NCBI GenBank assembly: GCA_904063045.1
Contig: CAJFCJ010000005.1
Coordinates: 3,652,165 to 3,716,164 of the forward strand
Length of the DNA: 64,000 nucleotides
Origin: Dimorphilus gyrociliatus
Taxonomy: Eukaryota; Animalia; Annelida
Reading direction: 5' to 3'
Both the position numbers and the translations under genes were made by a program. Below, piece by piece: positions 26,467 to 39,565 of this stretch. Position 1 is the first letter of the stretch, and each line of letters begins with the position of its first letter. The notes beneath the pieces are model-generated. The model saw nothing but the letters and a program-made list of their open reading frames with translations, searched no databases and was not told where the DNA came from.

Positions 26467-26632
26467 TTACAGATATTCTCTTTTTTTCAAATCAATTTCT
26501 ATCGATATCTTTTTCTCTAACAGGTCGCTTCGTACCTTAATAAATTCTACGGCTTTCTGAGGAGTCTGCGCACTTTGTAATAACCTTATAAACAAGTCTT
26601 TCGTACCAGTTTTTTCTTTCAATCTATATTCA
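26467..26632 (-). CDS. Possible terminal exon of a small unknown gene
   Basis: An AG acceptor is followed by an open frame EYRLKEKTGTKDLFIRLLQSAQTPQKAVEFIK...KREYL*. A small upstream exon near 26780 is phase-compatible. No start codon or family found. Confidence 0.25.
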
Positions 26633-27039
26633 CTATGTCAAAGATTCTGGTAAACTATTATAAGCTTATTGAAAAAGATCAAAATAATATATAAACAACC
26701 AATGCATATCATGAATATTAATAGTGCTTAACCTAATTATTAGAAATATATTTTACTTTTCAATAACCAAGTTGACCGACCTGAGGGAATGACAAAACGT
26801 AAAAAGTAAATAATTGATAATAATACAGAAAAAATTAAAGAGGATCTCGCGCCTGGTTTCAAATAGATAAAGCTACTCCTTTCAAGGTTTTTTCTTGATT
26901 TATCAAGTTTTTTCTTATTATCAAAATATTTCGACCAAATAAAAATAAGGTTAATTTATTGGGTCAATACGTAATTAAGATAACACAGGATATATAGTAA
27001 ATATAAAATTCTTTTGCTATCCTTTCTCTTAAAGATACT

Positions 27040-27852
27040 CTAATCTAATAGATTCTTATAAGAGCATTGAGAAGTACGCTTAAAAAGTTCATACATCGTT
27101 GATGCTATTTCGTCCACAGCTGTTCCAACCTGTTGCACAGATATTATATATATATATATATATATAAAGATAGATACACTCGGCTGTTATACAATATTAT
27201 ATAACATTTTATCTTAGTATAGATATTACTTTTGGATTTACGTGGAAGTAATAGGCCGATATTTTTTTCGCAAAATCCTTTATTTTCTCATATCTTCCCC
27301 ATTCGTTTGTGTGAGTTGCTATAGAAAAACAAAATAAACAATTATATCATTTACAATCATAAAGTGGATTATATGGCAATATATTAAAATAAATATAGTG
27401 AGAATTACTTCCTGTCATTAGAAAGCCAATTTTACCAATAAATAGAGGTAAGTTTAACGCCGATTTAATCCATAATCTTACTTCATCAAAGCTGTGATCG
27501 TAGGAATCGTTAAAAACAAATATTATATAATCAATCTCTTCTTCTTTGATGCTTTTCAACGGTAATCCATTCGCCAGCATTCTATTATTTTTGTACTAGT
27601 CAATTAATGTGATTAACTATCTCTTTAAATAAGTTTACTTACACCTTGATCTGTATTGAATTGTTTTTTGAAAAGTGCTTAAAACTGTTAGCTAATACTT
27701 CTTTATGAGATTGCTCATTTCCAACTATCTATTATTAATTTGTATAAAAATATATATCCTCTTTAATGTTTTTAAATAAAAAGAATAACTACCAGAAATT
27801 TACACATCATTTCTACTTTTGGCACCGTTGATTCCTCTTCTAAATCAGACAT
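27040..27852 (-). CDS. CENPM: Centromere protein M (exons 27852-27793, 27728-27643, 27581-27409, 27318-about 27230, 27129-27040)
   Basis: The spliced product has FLIVGNEQ...IKVMLANGLPL...IDYIIFVFND...LFIGKIGFLMTG, colinear with vertebrate CENP-M (ILLVGTED...LKVHLAKSLPL...IDLIVFVVN...FFLGKVCFLATG). Splice phases are consistent. Confidence 0.85.
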
Positions 27853-28150
27853 TATTTAACCAATAAGCTTTTGTATATATGTATATATATATATATTAGT
27901 TAATTTATTTGGAAATTTGATATATAACTTTATTTATAAATTTTTAGGCGGGAAATTTATATTGACGAAATATTCTTATGTTGAAAAAAAAAACATCAAC
28001 ATAAACTGGTTTAGAAGAAAAAATCTACGAAATATTACATTTAGTCTTCCGAATACCGGTAGAAACTGAAATTAAAACGCGCATGCGTAGTCAATGTAAA
28101 CCTATTTCGAAATTTCTCGTCTTCAAGTGAATTATTTTAAGCTGATAAAT

Positions 28151-28882
28151 ATGAAATACGAAGCTCTGCAGATGATGGATCGCGATGATCTCATTGTTTC
28201 ATCTAGTGCAAATGGCGATTTGAATCATTTAAAATTACTTCTGCAAAGTGGTCGTCATCCCGACGAAAGGGACGAAAAGGGTCGAACAGGTTTGCATTTA
28301 GCTGCTTCACATGGTAACGAAGATGTTTTAAGACTACTGTTAGAAAGTGGTGCTGATGTGGACGCAATAGATACATTTGGCAATACACCTTTACATTATT
28401 GCGGTCATGTGGAAACTATACAATGCCTAATAGACTTTGGTGCTGATATTTTTCAGACGTAAGTAAAATGTTAATTAGAGCTATAAATAAATAAAGTCTT
28501 TTGGGGATCTTTTTCTTTCCATCTTCAATTTAGGAATAAAGTTGGTCTGTCAGCATATACATTAATGAAAAGACGGAGAGTGGAAAAGGAAGCGTTAGAC
28601 ATTCTAGAAAAGAATATAGAATTTGTCCAAAAGCTTTCCTCCTCGGAGGATTTAGAGCCATTACTTCCTCAATCTATCCACTGTCGACACAATAAAACTG
28701 TTACAACTCTCTTTAGGGAATTCTACGATGATTTAGGACTATGTAAAATAATAACCACAATAGTTGTGCTCCTCTGTTTATCACTTATTGTAGCTTTTGC
28801 AGCTACGGGTGTTAATAATGCTAGAGTATCAGAAAAAATATCGGTTGTAAGCCCAAACGATAGCGTAAAGGTGGAATTATGA
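28151..28882 (+). CDS. ANKRD46: Ankyrin repeat protein 46 (exons 28151-28458, 28534-28882)
   Basis: GRTGLHLAASHGN, GNTPLHYCGHVETIQCL, MKRRRVEK, and FREFYDDLG followed by a C-terminal TM, as in ANKRD46. Confidence 0.9.
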
Positions 28883-29795
28883 CTCGGGGCTAATCAAACG
28901 AAAGTTTGATTATGAAAATAATAATGACATTTTAGAAAATATTAATTATTTTCTGAAATTCCACAGCAAATAAGCTAAAACTACCAAATAAGAAATTTAA
29001 TTATACGAACAGTATATTACTAATAGTGAAAAAATGATGTTTATTCTGCAGCCATTGATTCTCTCTCTCTCTCTCTCTCTCATTAATATATATATAACTG
29101 TATACTGTATAAAAAAACGTGAATGGGGTATGTATATATGTATATTGAGATGCTCTAAGTATGCCTAGTTTTTTTAATTAAACTAAACGGAAAGAAGCTA
29201 TTTAATCAAGTCAGCTAGGGTCTTGTTCTTTTCTATAAAGGAAAATCTAAACCATTCCAGTCGAAGAGCAGGCTATTTAATAATAAAGCTTTCTTAATAT
29301 ACATATATATATATACAGTATATATAAATTTATATATCCTTGTCTCAATTTGAAAACTGCATTAAACAGAAATTATGTGTGTTTTCTTTTTAAAACAAAC
29401 AAACAAACAAACACTGTTCAAGTGTTTTGTTCGGGAATGATAGATATAACAAATTCCTTGGTTATTATTTTTTTAAATACTCTGTCGATAACTGTAGATT
29501 GTTTAAAAGACATTAAAGATGTTTGCCAGTGTTTCTATCAGCACAAACCATGTAAACCTGTATTATGTAGTTAGTAAAGCGTTCTTCTCTTTTTTACCAT
29601 GACTTGTACAGCATATAGATGTAGTATATTTTTTTGTGGGTAAAAACTGTTTCAAGACTGACTGTATCAAAAGAGATAAGACTATTTTACTGTTGAAAAC
29701 TTGCTTAAGAAGATAAGAAAAGGAAGAAGAAGATGAAAAGAGATACTTAATTAATAAATTACAAACTAAATTCTATTTGTTGATTAATACTAGAG

Positions 29796-31128
29796 ATGTT
29801 TTATTCCTTGCTCTTTGTTACAGTTGATTCAACACTTATTATATTAACTATAATTTCAGATAATAATCATGAAATAGCTGATTTTAAATGGATTGATGTT
29901 GAAACTTATTACTGTAATATTGTGACAGAAAGCAAATCTAGCGCTTGTATAGATTATAATCATAGCTATTGGCTTATTGTTGATCCTTTACATAGTAAAG
30001 TAATTAATATTTTGTTAATATGATTTTCTTAAAATGTACTCTATTTTTTTTCTTGTTAATAAACAATTAATTAAGGATCATGGAGCTGAAATTCGATTAT
30101 TTTGCAGTACAAAGAAGGGGAAGTCAAGAGCAGAAAATCTTTTAAAACCTAATTTTCAGAAGAATAGAGAAGGATTATTAATTAATTTTAAGCCCTATTT
30201 CTCATTGAAAATCTATAATTGCGGTATTGAGAGTATATCTTTGATCAAAGTCCAGTCGAAGGTTGACACGTATCGAGTACCAATGGAAGATTTCGTACTA
30301 GTTAATAGTAAAATACCTTGTAGTTATAATAAATTCCAATTGATAAGAGTTAACGCATTAATATACAAATATAATGAAGATATTGTTGGCATTTCGTCGT
30401 TTCCTTATAAAGTGAGAAGAAAACATTTACTAAGTAATCTCCTAGAACCTTGCGATACTGATCAAAATTTACACTTTCAATCTATCAATAGCCTTTCTAT
30501 TTACTTAGATACGAAAACTTTAAGGTATGTTATAGTTTTCTATTCTTGTTCTATTTAATTATATCCTAATCAATTTCTTTCCATCTTTCTTCTCTCTATC
30601 AATTAAATCAAAATAAGATCGCTGATTATCGTTGATACTTTAGAAAATATTCAATTGTTACAAGTAGTTCAACGTTCAATTACGTTTGAAAGAGGCTACG
30701 TTCAGTTTCAACCTAATAATCTTACCGAAGAATTTCGTATATATAATTTTATTAAGAGAAAACATTCAAATCAAACTTATATAGCAGTTAGATATATCAA
30801 TATTTGCGATTGTAAACAAAAGGTATTATTGAAAATTCATCAATTTCTTTATAGTCCTATTGGAAAACGGCAAAAGTGGTTTATATGGTGCAAGGGTTCT
30901 ATTAAAAGGACAATTATATCTAAGAATTTTGCTCTTCGTAGGTTAAATTGCTGTAAAAGTAATGGAAAACTCTGTTTCCATTTTAGTGACATTTTTTACG
31001 ATGAAAAACAATATTTAAGTCATGTTTCATCTACATTTTCTCATTTTCATTCTTCTACTATTTCTGTTGATTGTTTTCTTTTAACTTTAGAATTTATACT
31101 CATAGGTTTAATAAATGTTTTAAACTAG
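29796..31128 (+). CDS. Orphan three-exon protein of about 390 aa, possibly secreted or surface-anchored (exons 29796-29999, 30076-30524, 30618-31128)
   Basis: Three consecutive plus-strand ORFs join in frame through 76- and 93-nt GT-AG introns (phases 0 and 2). Both termini are hydrophobic. No family recognised. Confidence 0.55.
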
Positions 31129-34100
31129 ATTCTTTCAGTGTTCGTAAATAAAACATTCTATACTAACTACCAGTTTTGTTTTAAATCCTTTACCGTATGA
31201 TGCCATCTATCGGTTTTGCGAACAAATGAAAAATGACGACAAACTGATCAATAGTTTGTCTTCTGCAAATGTAATTTTTTTTCCATCTATTTTCTTATTT
31301 ATATGTTAAAGCAGTTGTTCTGCAGACTCTAGAAATAATATATTATAAAAGATGTTTTCATTCCTATAACCAGACTGATTTTTGACAAGAACAAAGCGCC
31401 TTAGTAATGCTTGAAGACGGACTGATAGATATGGAATAAAGATATATTCTTTGTGAAAGGAAAGAAAAAAGATATATAAATTAAGTTGGGAGAAAGAGAA
31501 GAAAAATACTAAAAGGAAGGGAAGAAGAAGACAAGGAGATAGAGTATAGAAAAGAAAAAAATTCATATTTTCTCAAAACATCCAATAAGGGATTACGCCG
31601 GATGACTTGGCAAATATAGCATTTTAACTCGAAAATTCGTCATCAGTCATAAAGAAAAAGGTGAGAAAAAATGTTTTTCTTTAATAATAATGATATTGAA
31701 AAGAGAATGGAGAGTTTTAGAATTAAATATATTAGCCTATCTATTGTATTAAATATATATATATATATATATAATAATATAATGCATATACATTCTGTAT
31801 ATGTATATGTATAATACTTCAACACGACTATGTATTAAGTTTTATTATCGATTGTACATTTATAACATTCAAACATCTGTGTATTTAACCTGGGATAAAA
31901 ACGGTATTAAGCATTTTCGTATAACCAAAATATACAGTATATACAGAGTATATTAGAATGTATAATATTTAAGTTAAAAAGTGTTTTTATTAAGATTTTT
32001 AAAGGACAAAATAAAAAGAAAATATTACACAATAGTCGTCTGTTTGAAAATAATATTGTTGACGACTTCAATTCGTTCAAGTTAAAATTTCTATTTAACC
32101 AATCAACTATTTTCACACTTTGAAAAGTTTTGGACAACATCATCCATCTTGTAGTTTGAAAAGAAAACTTTGAGGGGGGCAAATGGGAGGAGAAGGCCAT
32201 AGGAAGCAAAATAAGAGAGATACTAGGAAAGAATGAGGGTGGGGGAAGGAAGTTGGTGATATTGTTATTGAAAAAAAAAGGCAGAATGAATGAATGAGCG
32301 AATGAGTGAGAGAAGAAGGAGAAGAAGAGGAGGGAGAAGGAGAAGGGGAGAAGAAAAAGCAGGCCGTATTGAATTGCTATAATTCTGCTCGAATAGTGTG
32401 AAATTAGCGATTTCAATGGTATAGGCCTTGGTTTTTTACTGTCAAAATTTACTATAATGGTTGTCAAAGTAGTTTTCTCTCTCTGAGCCTTTATCGCTGT
32501 CACTATGTCTGTCTATGAGAGTGTGTATGTGTGTATGTCTCTCTCTCTCTCTCTCTCGTTCTGTCTCTGCCCCCCTCCCCCTCCTTTCTTATTGTATATA
32601 TACAGTATATACAGTATATATATAGACATATAATAAGACTGGGAAAAGCATAAAGATTTTATCTCGTGATATGAAAGAAAAATAAGATTTATCCATTCAT
32701 ATCAAGGAAAAAAAGTAACTAAAATTAGTAAGGCTATTCCACCCGATTAGTCCGATTGAAAATGTTTTATAAAAAGCTTATACGCCACAAACACGAGTTA
32801 GAGGTTTGAATGCGGTTGCTTTATTTGTCTAGACAGAAGGCCTATATATCAGTTTTCATAAGATATGTTATATTTAACAATCTAATGGTAAGTCGTCGTT
32901 CCAACCATTGAGGTAGTAGTAAAGGGGGTAGGGGGTAGGAGGAGGATATAATGACCCTACTTTAGAAAATTGTGTATGTTTAGGCCCAATAGATTGAATA
33001 AAATTCAAAAGTTATATAGAATAAAAAGTCTCTTCTTATCCGGCCAATCAACGCTTGATTTGAGCATATTAGAACACGTGCCCGACACTCGGTGCTCATT
33101 CGCTGCCAAAACTTCAAACTCAGCTGCTTAAACAATAACAAATGATACAAAAAGTCAAATCGAAATAAGCTGAACTTTTAAAAGAAGAATTCAAGAGAAG
33201 AACAAAGGAGAGAGATACATATACATATATACAATATATACTATAGAGAGAGAGAGCATTCATCCTCCTCCTTCTACTTCTCCGGGACAGAACTGCAATA
33301 ATTACTGAATTATAACTATATTTTATACTACATAAAGCTGCAAAATATAAGAATATACTGCAAAGGAAACTATTTATATATTATCGAAAAGCAAAATTGT
33401 ATCGTTTCTACAAATTCTTATTATCAAAGTCTCCTAATAATAGAGAAAAAGGAAAAAGAAAGACAAGAGGAAAGAGTGAAAGATAGAGAAAAGAAAGACT
33501 TAGAATAATAAATAAAATATTATCAGAAATAATAAAAGATTTGAAAGAGGAAAAGATAAAATAACTTGAAAAGAAGAGATAAGAAAGCAAAAAAAGATAA
33601 GACTACATATATAAAAAAGAAAACTATAAAGTTGATTGAATAACAATAATAATAAATAAAATGAGAATTCTCAACCAGAAACAGTGGCGTAGTGCAGTTA
33701 TTTACAAACATTGGGAAAATATAGAAGAACCTTATATTGCTTGGTTGGATAATTACGAACAGGTATTATTGATCATTTCTTCGTTAATTGATTTAAAGGA
33801 GAGGTTTTAAAGAGTAGGTTTCAAAGGAAGGAAATAGAGTCTACAATAGTATAAACTCTATAAATATGGTATACAGAAGGGACGACATATATACTGTATA
33901 TATAAATAGAAAACAAAGTCTTTTATCTTAGTTAAAGTCTGTAAATAGTTCAACGAGCGGTCACTTAACAAAAGGAGATTTATATAAATCCTTATTAAAT
34001 TACAATTCCTATATATACAGTATATATATATGGATATAGATATTTATACAGTACATAATTTATCCCTTGCTTTTGCTTTTCTTCGTACATCATATTGTAA

Positions 34101-35521
34101 ATATTACGCAATAGACTCGATTCTCTCTTGGAATTTTCAATTAGGATATTGCGGCTAATTCCTTTGAAATGATTGTCTCAAGAGTGTCGTGTAAATTTGT
34201 TTAGTGTCTGCATTGAAGTTGCCAATATTCAATTGCCATATTTATTTTTCAATGTATATAGGTTAGTAAGTACTATAATGAGTGGTGTGGAGGAGTAATA
34301 GAAGGTTAAACGAAAAGAATAGAATAGAATAGAGCAATCTTTTCGTCCGAATCAATTATTCTTTCACCAATCAGCAATTTCTATAGAATTTTAAATACTC
34401 TATTTAGCCCGATTTCTCTTAAGAAACCTAACAACTAGGTCTATACATTACGGACGGAACTTGGCAAGTTCAATAAGTACTGCTCTATGAATAGTGCACA
34501 ACAACTAACTCGAGGATTATTTCTATCGACCTGGTCCCTTTTCGGATAGCGGTAAATAGCTTAGAGGCAAAAAGAAAGGGTAGAGTCAGCCCGCTAAACC
34601 CTTTGCACTATCTGTTTTTCTGGTCCGAAAATAGAATATAGGTGTACCTTTTACTTTCAATAGGTGAATTATTTCCGAAATCCGAGTCTATAAACACACC
34701 AACGACAATATTCATTCTTATAGATTATATTTCAAGTGTTTTTTCTACAATTATTTGTCATCGGACGCCACTTAGGCTAGCCGATCAGGAAAGGGAAGAA
34801 CATTGAAAGGGAATATACGTTTAAAATTACTTAGTTTAAGAGTAGTACCATATGTTTCTATATATACAAAGATTTTTTTGGTTAACTAATATTCTTCCTC
34901 ATACTCCTCCTATTCCTCCCTGATGCAGGGAGAAGATTTACGTAATCATTCTCCAATTTCTAGATTACGAAATTGATAAAAAATATCTGTTTTTCAATTT
35001 TTTCCACTTTTTTTTTATTATTATTTACTTAAGCAGTTTAAAAGAACGATAAGTACACGTCAATACGTCATATATATATATATATATATAAACCATTGTC
35101 CTAAGAATGCCTAGATTTTTTTCCTCTATCAAGATCTTTTTCATTCTATCTTTCTCTTTCGCACGTTATCTCCGTATCTTACCATCGTTATAACATTCTA
35201 CTCAAATTTGATTAGGTTTTTAATATATATATATATATAAATATAAATACAATGCACTCGTATTTAGTCATATAAGCTTAGTAGAGTAAACAGATGTTAA
35301 AATAAAAAAAAAGAAAGTTAATTTAAATAGGCCAACTGAATTGAAATAAAAATACAAAAAATAAAGAGTATGGTGATGAATAACTGGTATTAATAAGTAT
35401 TAAATCCATTTAAGCACGTACGTTAACCAATGGACTAGTGTTTATTCCGTTTGACAAAGTAATAGAGTGTAAATATGGAGCATAAATATAATTTCTTAGT
35501 AGGAGTAACTCTTCTTCATTC

Positions 35522-35566
35522 GTTCATTTATTCATTCATTCATTCATTCATTCATTCATGCATTCA
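35522..35566. repeat. (TTCA)n microsatellite
   Basis: Tandem ATTC units read directly. Confidence 0.9.
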
Positions 35567-35885
35567 CTCTTTCTTTCTTTCATTTTATAGTAGTTTAGCT
35601 GTTGGCGTTAGAAATCTTCTTGTAAAATAATTTTGTTTTCTATTAACCACCACTATCCTTTACCTTCGTCTCCGCCCACCTTTCTATCCGCTTCCTTTCC
35701 TTTCTCCCATGACCTTTGGAATTGAATCAAAAAGTCATAAAAAAATAAAGTTGTTTAGCGATAACAGTTTTTTATGCCATTTTTTATCATTCTTTCTTTC
35801 TTTCTTTAGTTCTTCTTCTTCGTCTCCTTTCTCCTCTTTACAAAGTAAAGAGAAAGAAATATATTATATAGACAATATATAAATT

Positions 35886-35916
<31 letters not shown>

Positions 35917-36960
35917 TTATAATAATAATGAATAAGAGAAATAGACCTTTAACCATTATATTCAAACAGCTTAAACAACAAAGTAATAAAAAGAAAAAAA
36001 ACGAACGGTTCTTCTTTCCCACTCTATAGGCCTATTTTACGACTAGACTATTCTTTTTTTTTTATCTGTCTCATTTCCCTTATTCTCTGACATGGTTAAC
36101 TTTTTTATTTTATTATTATATACTTTATTGACATTTCTTTTTAATATTTTTTTATTTAATCTTATCTTTCTCTAACTGAAAAAAAAATAATTGAATTATG
36201 TTGTGATTTATGGCCTATTCAAATTTATACATAGTCTGGTTATTACGTAAGCGATAAGATAATACTATAGAATTAAGTGTACTTGGAGAGTGTAAAGAGA
36301 GCAGGTTATAGGGTCATTGAAAACAATATTTAAAGTGATTTAATACTTACAAATAAAGGAGGGGAAGGGCGAAAGGAGGGGTTGTTTAAATATATGAAGA
36401 GAATAGACAAATGCGTATACTGATTGATAGATTGATAGGAGAGAAATGTACTCGATTGTTTTAGCAAACAGTATAATAATTGAGAAAGACAAGAAAAAGA
36501 GAGAAGAAGAAGAAGAAGAAGAAGGGAGAGAAGAAATTGATCTAGATCGAGTACATGCAAATATTAAGAAAAAATCGAACGGCTTTCAACCTTTTAATCC
36601 ACCTTTTTGTAAATATATTTGAATTGAAACCGGATAGACTCGTTGTTTTTTCGTATTAAAAGACTAAGAAAGAGTGAGAGAGAGAGAGAGAGAGAGAAAG
36701 ATGATTTTTTTCACCATTATTATTTAACAATTCAACTATTGACATATTTTTCTGCATCACAAGCCATACACTAAAGTTTATACATCTTTAAGATTTACTA
36801 GAAAATGATAGTAAATAGAATGAAATAGATAATATGAAAGGAAGAAAGAGAAAATACAATAATAATAATAATAACGATAGTAATAATGATAATGTTCTTT
36901 TTTTTTCAATAGCTTTCATTCTCTTCAAACGAAGTAAACAATATTGAAAGTGACGACGAT

Positions 36961-39565
36961 ATGATTTCGTCTGCTGAATCTGAACCTCCGAGACTTTTGT
37001 CTTGCGGAATTTGCTGGAAAACCTATTCTCAGCCAAAAGTATATATATATGATTTTTGTTGCCAAATATAGTATAATACCTTCTGTATATATATAAACTA
37101 TTTATACCTTTCATAACTATAATTACACTATATCTCAAATTTAATCTCTACCTAGATTCTACCCTGCTTACACACGTTCTGCTCGAATTGTTTAATGGAA
37201 TACCTTCCAGCCGAATCTTTAGGTATTACTTGTCCAGTTTGCCGACATCAATCTATTCTACCGCAAAATGGTATTGAAGGCCTACCGAATAATAATACGC
37301 TGATAAATCTTTTATCCGGTTCTATAAATGATGATCAAATATTTTGCCCATCTCATCCAAAGAATTGCATTGAATTATACTGCAATGAATGCGAAACAGC
37401 AATATGTTACGAGTGTACTTCGGCCGAACACGATCAACACGAATTCGATACTATTGCCGATGCGGTAAATGATCAGAAAAAAGAGATGGTGACCTTGGTC
37501 AAGGAGGCTAAGCAAAGAGTTCCCGAGATTATGCAAGCACTTAAAACTATCAAGAAGGTCAAGGACGAACTTGTTGAAAATCATACAACTGCCAAAAGGA
37601 GCGCATTAGCCACTTTCGATCTGATTTTAAATAGGCTCCGACAAAGGAGAGACTTAGTTTTGGAGGATATTAAAGAGACTTTTCTTAATAAGGAAAAGGC
37701 TTTAGATTGTCAAAGGTTGGCGCTAGAGTCGACGCTAAAATCTGTTGAGCAATGTTCTCTTCTAACTGAAAATGCTATTCGATCAAATAAGGCACACGCC
37801 CTCCTTCTTGTTAAGAAGGAGGTATCGCCCGAAATCGTAAGCCTTTGCCGTTCACCCCTACGTTGTTGTCCGGAAGAGAATGCGTCGTTGGAATTTGTAG
37901 CGCCTCAATTGAACGGTCTAAACGAAACTCTGGAGTCGTGCGGAGAAGTTCGAACGACAACTGCCGTCGCTAGCGAATCCATTGCGGCCGGTTGCGGTCT
38001 AAGGAAATGTTGCGTATCCAAACCAACAGTTGTGACAGTAACTACAAAAGATAAGCAAGGTCGAAGAGTTCAAAGGGGCGGAGCCGAACTAAAGGCCACC
38101 CTAACCGAAAAGCAAACAGGCTTAGAGCGGAAATTGCCTATATCGGACCTTGGAGACGGAACTTACGAGATTGAATACGAAACTTCCATCCCAGGCCCTC
38201 ACGTTCTTGACGTGACTCTATACGGTGATAGGTTGGCTGGTATGCCGACAATCGTCAGCTCTTATCAGCAAATAAATGAACGAGCGTCTTCCATGTCGAG
38301 AATACCTAGAACTGCTACTGCTCCCGTTAAGCAAAGAGGAGTGAAGCGACCGTCTAGTAGATCTGTTAGTATGATCCATAGAAGATCAGATTCGAATTTA
38401 TACGATGACGATTTAAAATTCTCTATTGGCAATAAGGGAAAGAATAGAGGAGAATTCGTGAATCCCCAAGGCGTTTCCTCAACTCCTTCCGGTAGAATCC
38501 TGGTAGCTGATAGTAACAACCAATGCATACAAAGTTTCGGAATAGGGGGAGAATTCAAGTCAAGATTTCAATGTTCTAAGGACAGAATTCAAAGAGGTAG
38601 GCCAACTGGGATTGTAGTAGGTTTTGACGGTAATTACCTGGTTTCGGATTACGAAAATCGTTGGGTGGCCTGTTTCTCACCTACTGGGAATCTAGTGAAG
38701 AAGATTGGCGCTAATAAACTACTCGGTCCCAAGGGGGTTTGCGTGACTAAAGCTGGGAATATAGCCGTCGTTGATAATAGGGCCTGTTCTATTTTGATAT
38801 TCTCGTCAAAAGGAAAATTGTTGTATCAATGGGGTAACAGGGGCAACGCTGAACACCAATTAGCCGGGCCTCATTTTATTGCGTGTACAAATGACGACCT
38901 CCTAGTCATATCTGACTTTCATAACCACTGCGTAAAAGTATTTGAGCAAGATGGGACATTTCGTTTCGCTTTCGGTTCAAATGGCGAAGGTAATGGTCAA
39001 TTTAACGCCCCAACTGGATTGGCTATAGACGGTAAAGGAAATATCTTGGTAGCTGATTGGGGAAATTCTCGAATTCAGGTATTAATTTCATCTCTATTAT
39101 ATAGTATTAATAAGTTATACTATGTATACAGTATATATAGTGTAGTCAGTATATAATTCAATATTAGTATATTATCATTAAGTTTGGCCACTATGTATAT
39201 ATATTTAAAAAAAGAGAAAGACATCAAATGGTAGAATAGCAGTCGACAAAGAATAGATTTGTCCTCGACCCGTTATCAGATTCGATCTTGTCTATTGTCG
39301 AATTATTTAAGAACTATTTCTATTTATAAATAAACATACAGTATATATACAGTATATATATACTTTTCTACTATGATTACCTATTCTTATATTGTATCAT
39401 TTTCTCATACAGATTTTCGACTCCCAAGGCTCTTTCCTCTCCTATATAAACACTTCTTCGGACCCTCTCTACGGTCCTCAAGGACTATGCATGACCTCCG
39501 ATGGTCTCGTCGCCGTTGCTGATTCTGGTAATCACTGCGTAAAAGTCTACAGATATTTACAATAA
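36961..39565 (+). CDS. TRIM2: TRIM-NHL E3 ligase TRIM2/TRIM3-like (exons 36961-37038, 37156-39078, 39413-39565)
   Basis: RING split over an intron ([12 protein letters not shown] / ILPCLHTFC...CPVC), B-box, coiled coil, filamin repeat, NHL repeats, and terminal [19 protein letters not shown]...VYRYLQ*. The start ATG is uncertain; the TRIM2 vs TRIM3 split is vertebrate-specific. Confidence 0.93.

Noticed and set aside
31907-32503. 198-aa minus-strand ORF rich in F/L/S
   Set aside because: Derived from purine-rich low-complexity tracts; no family motif.
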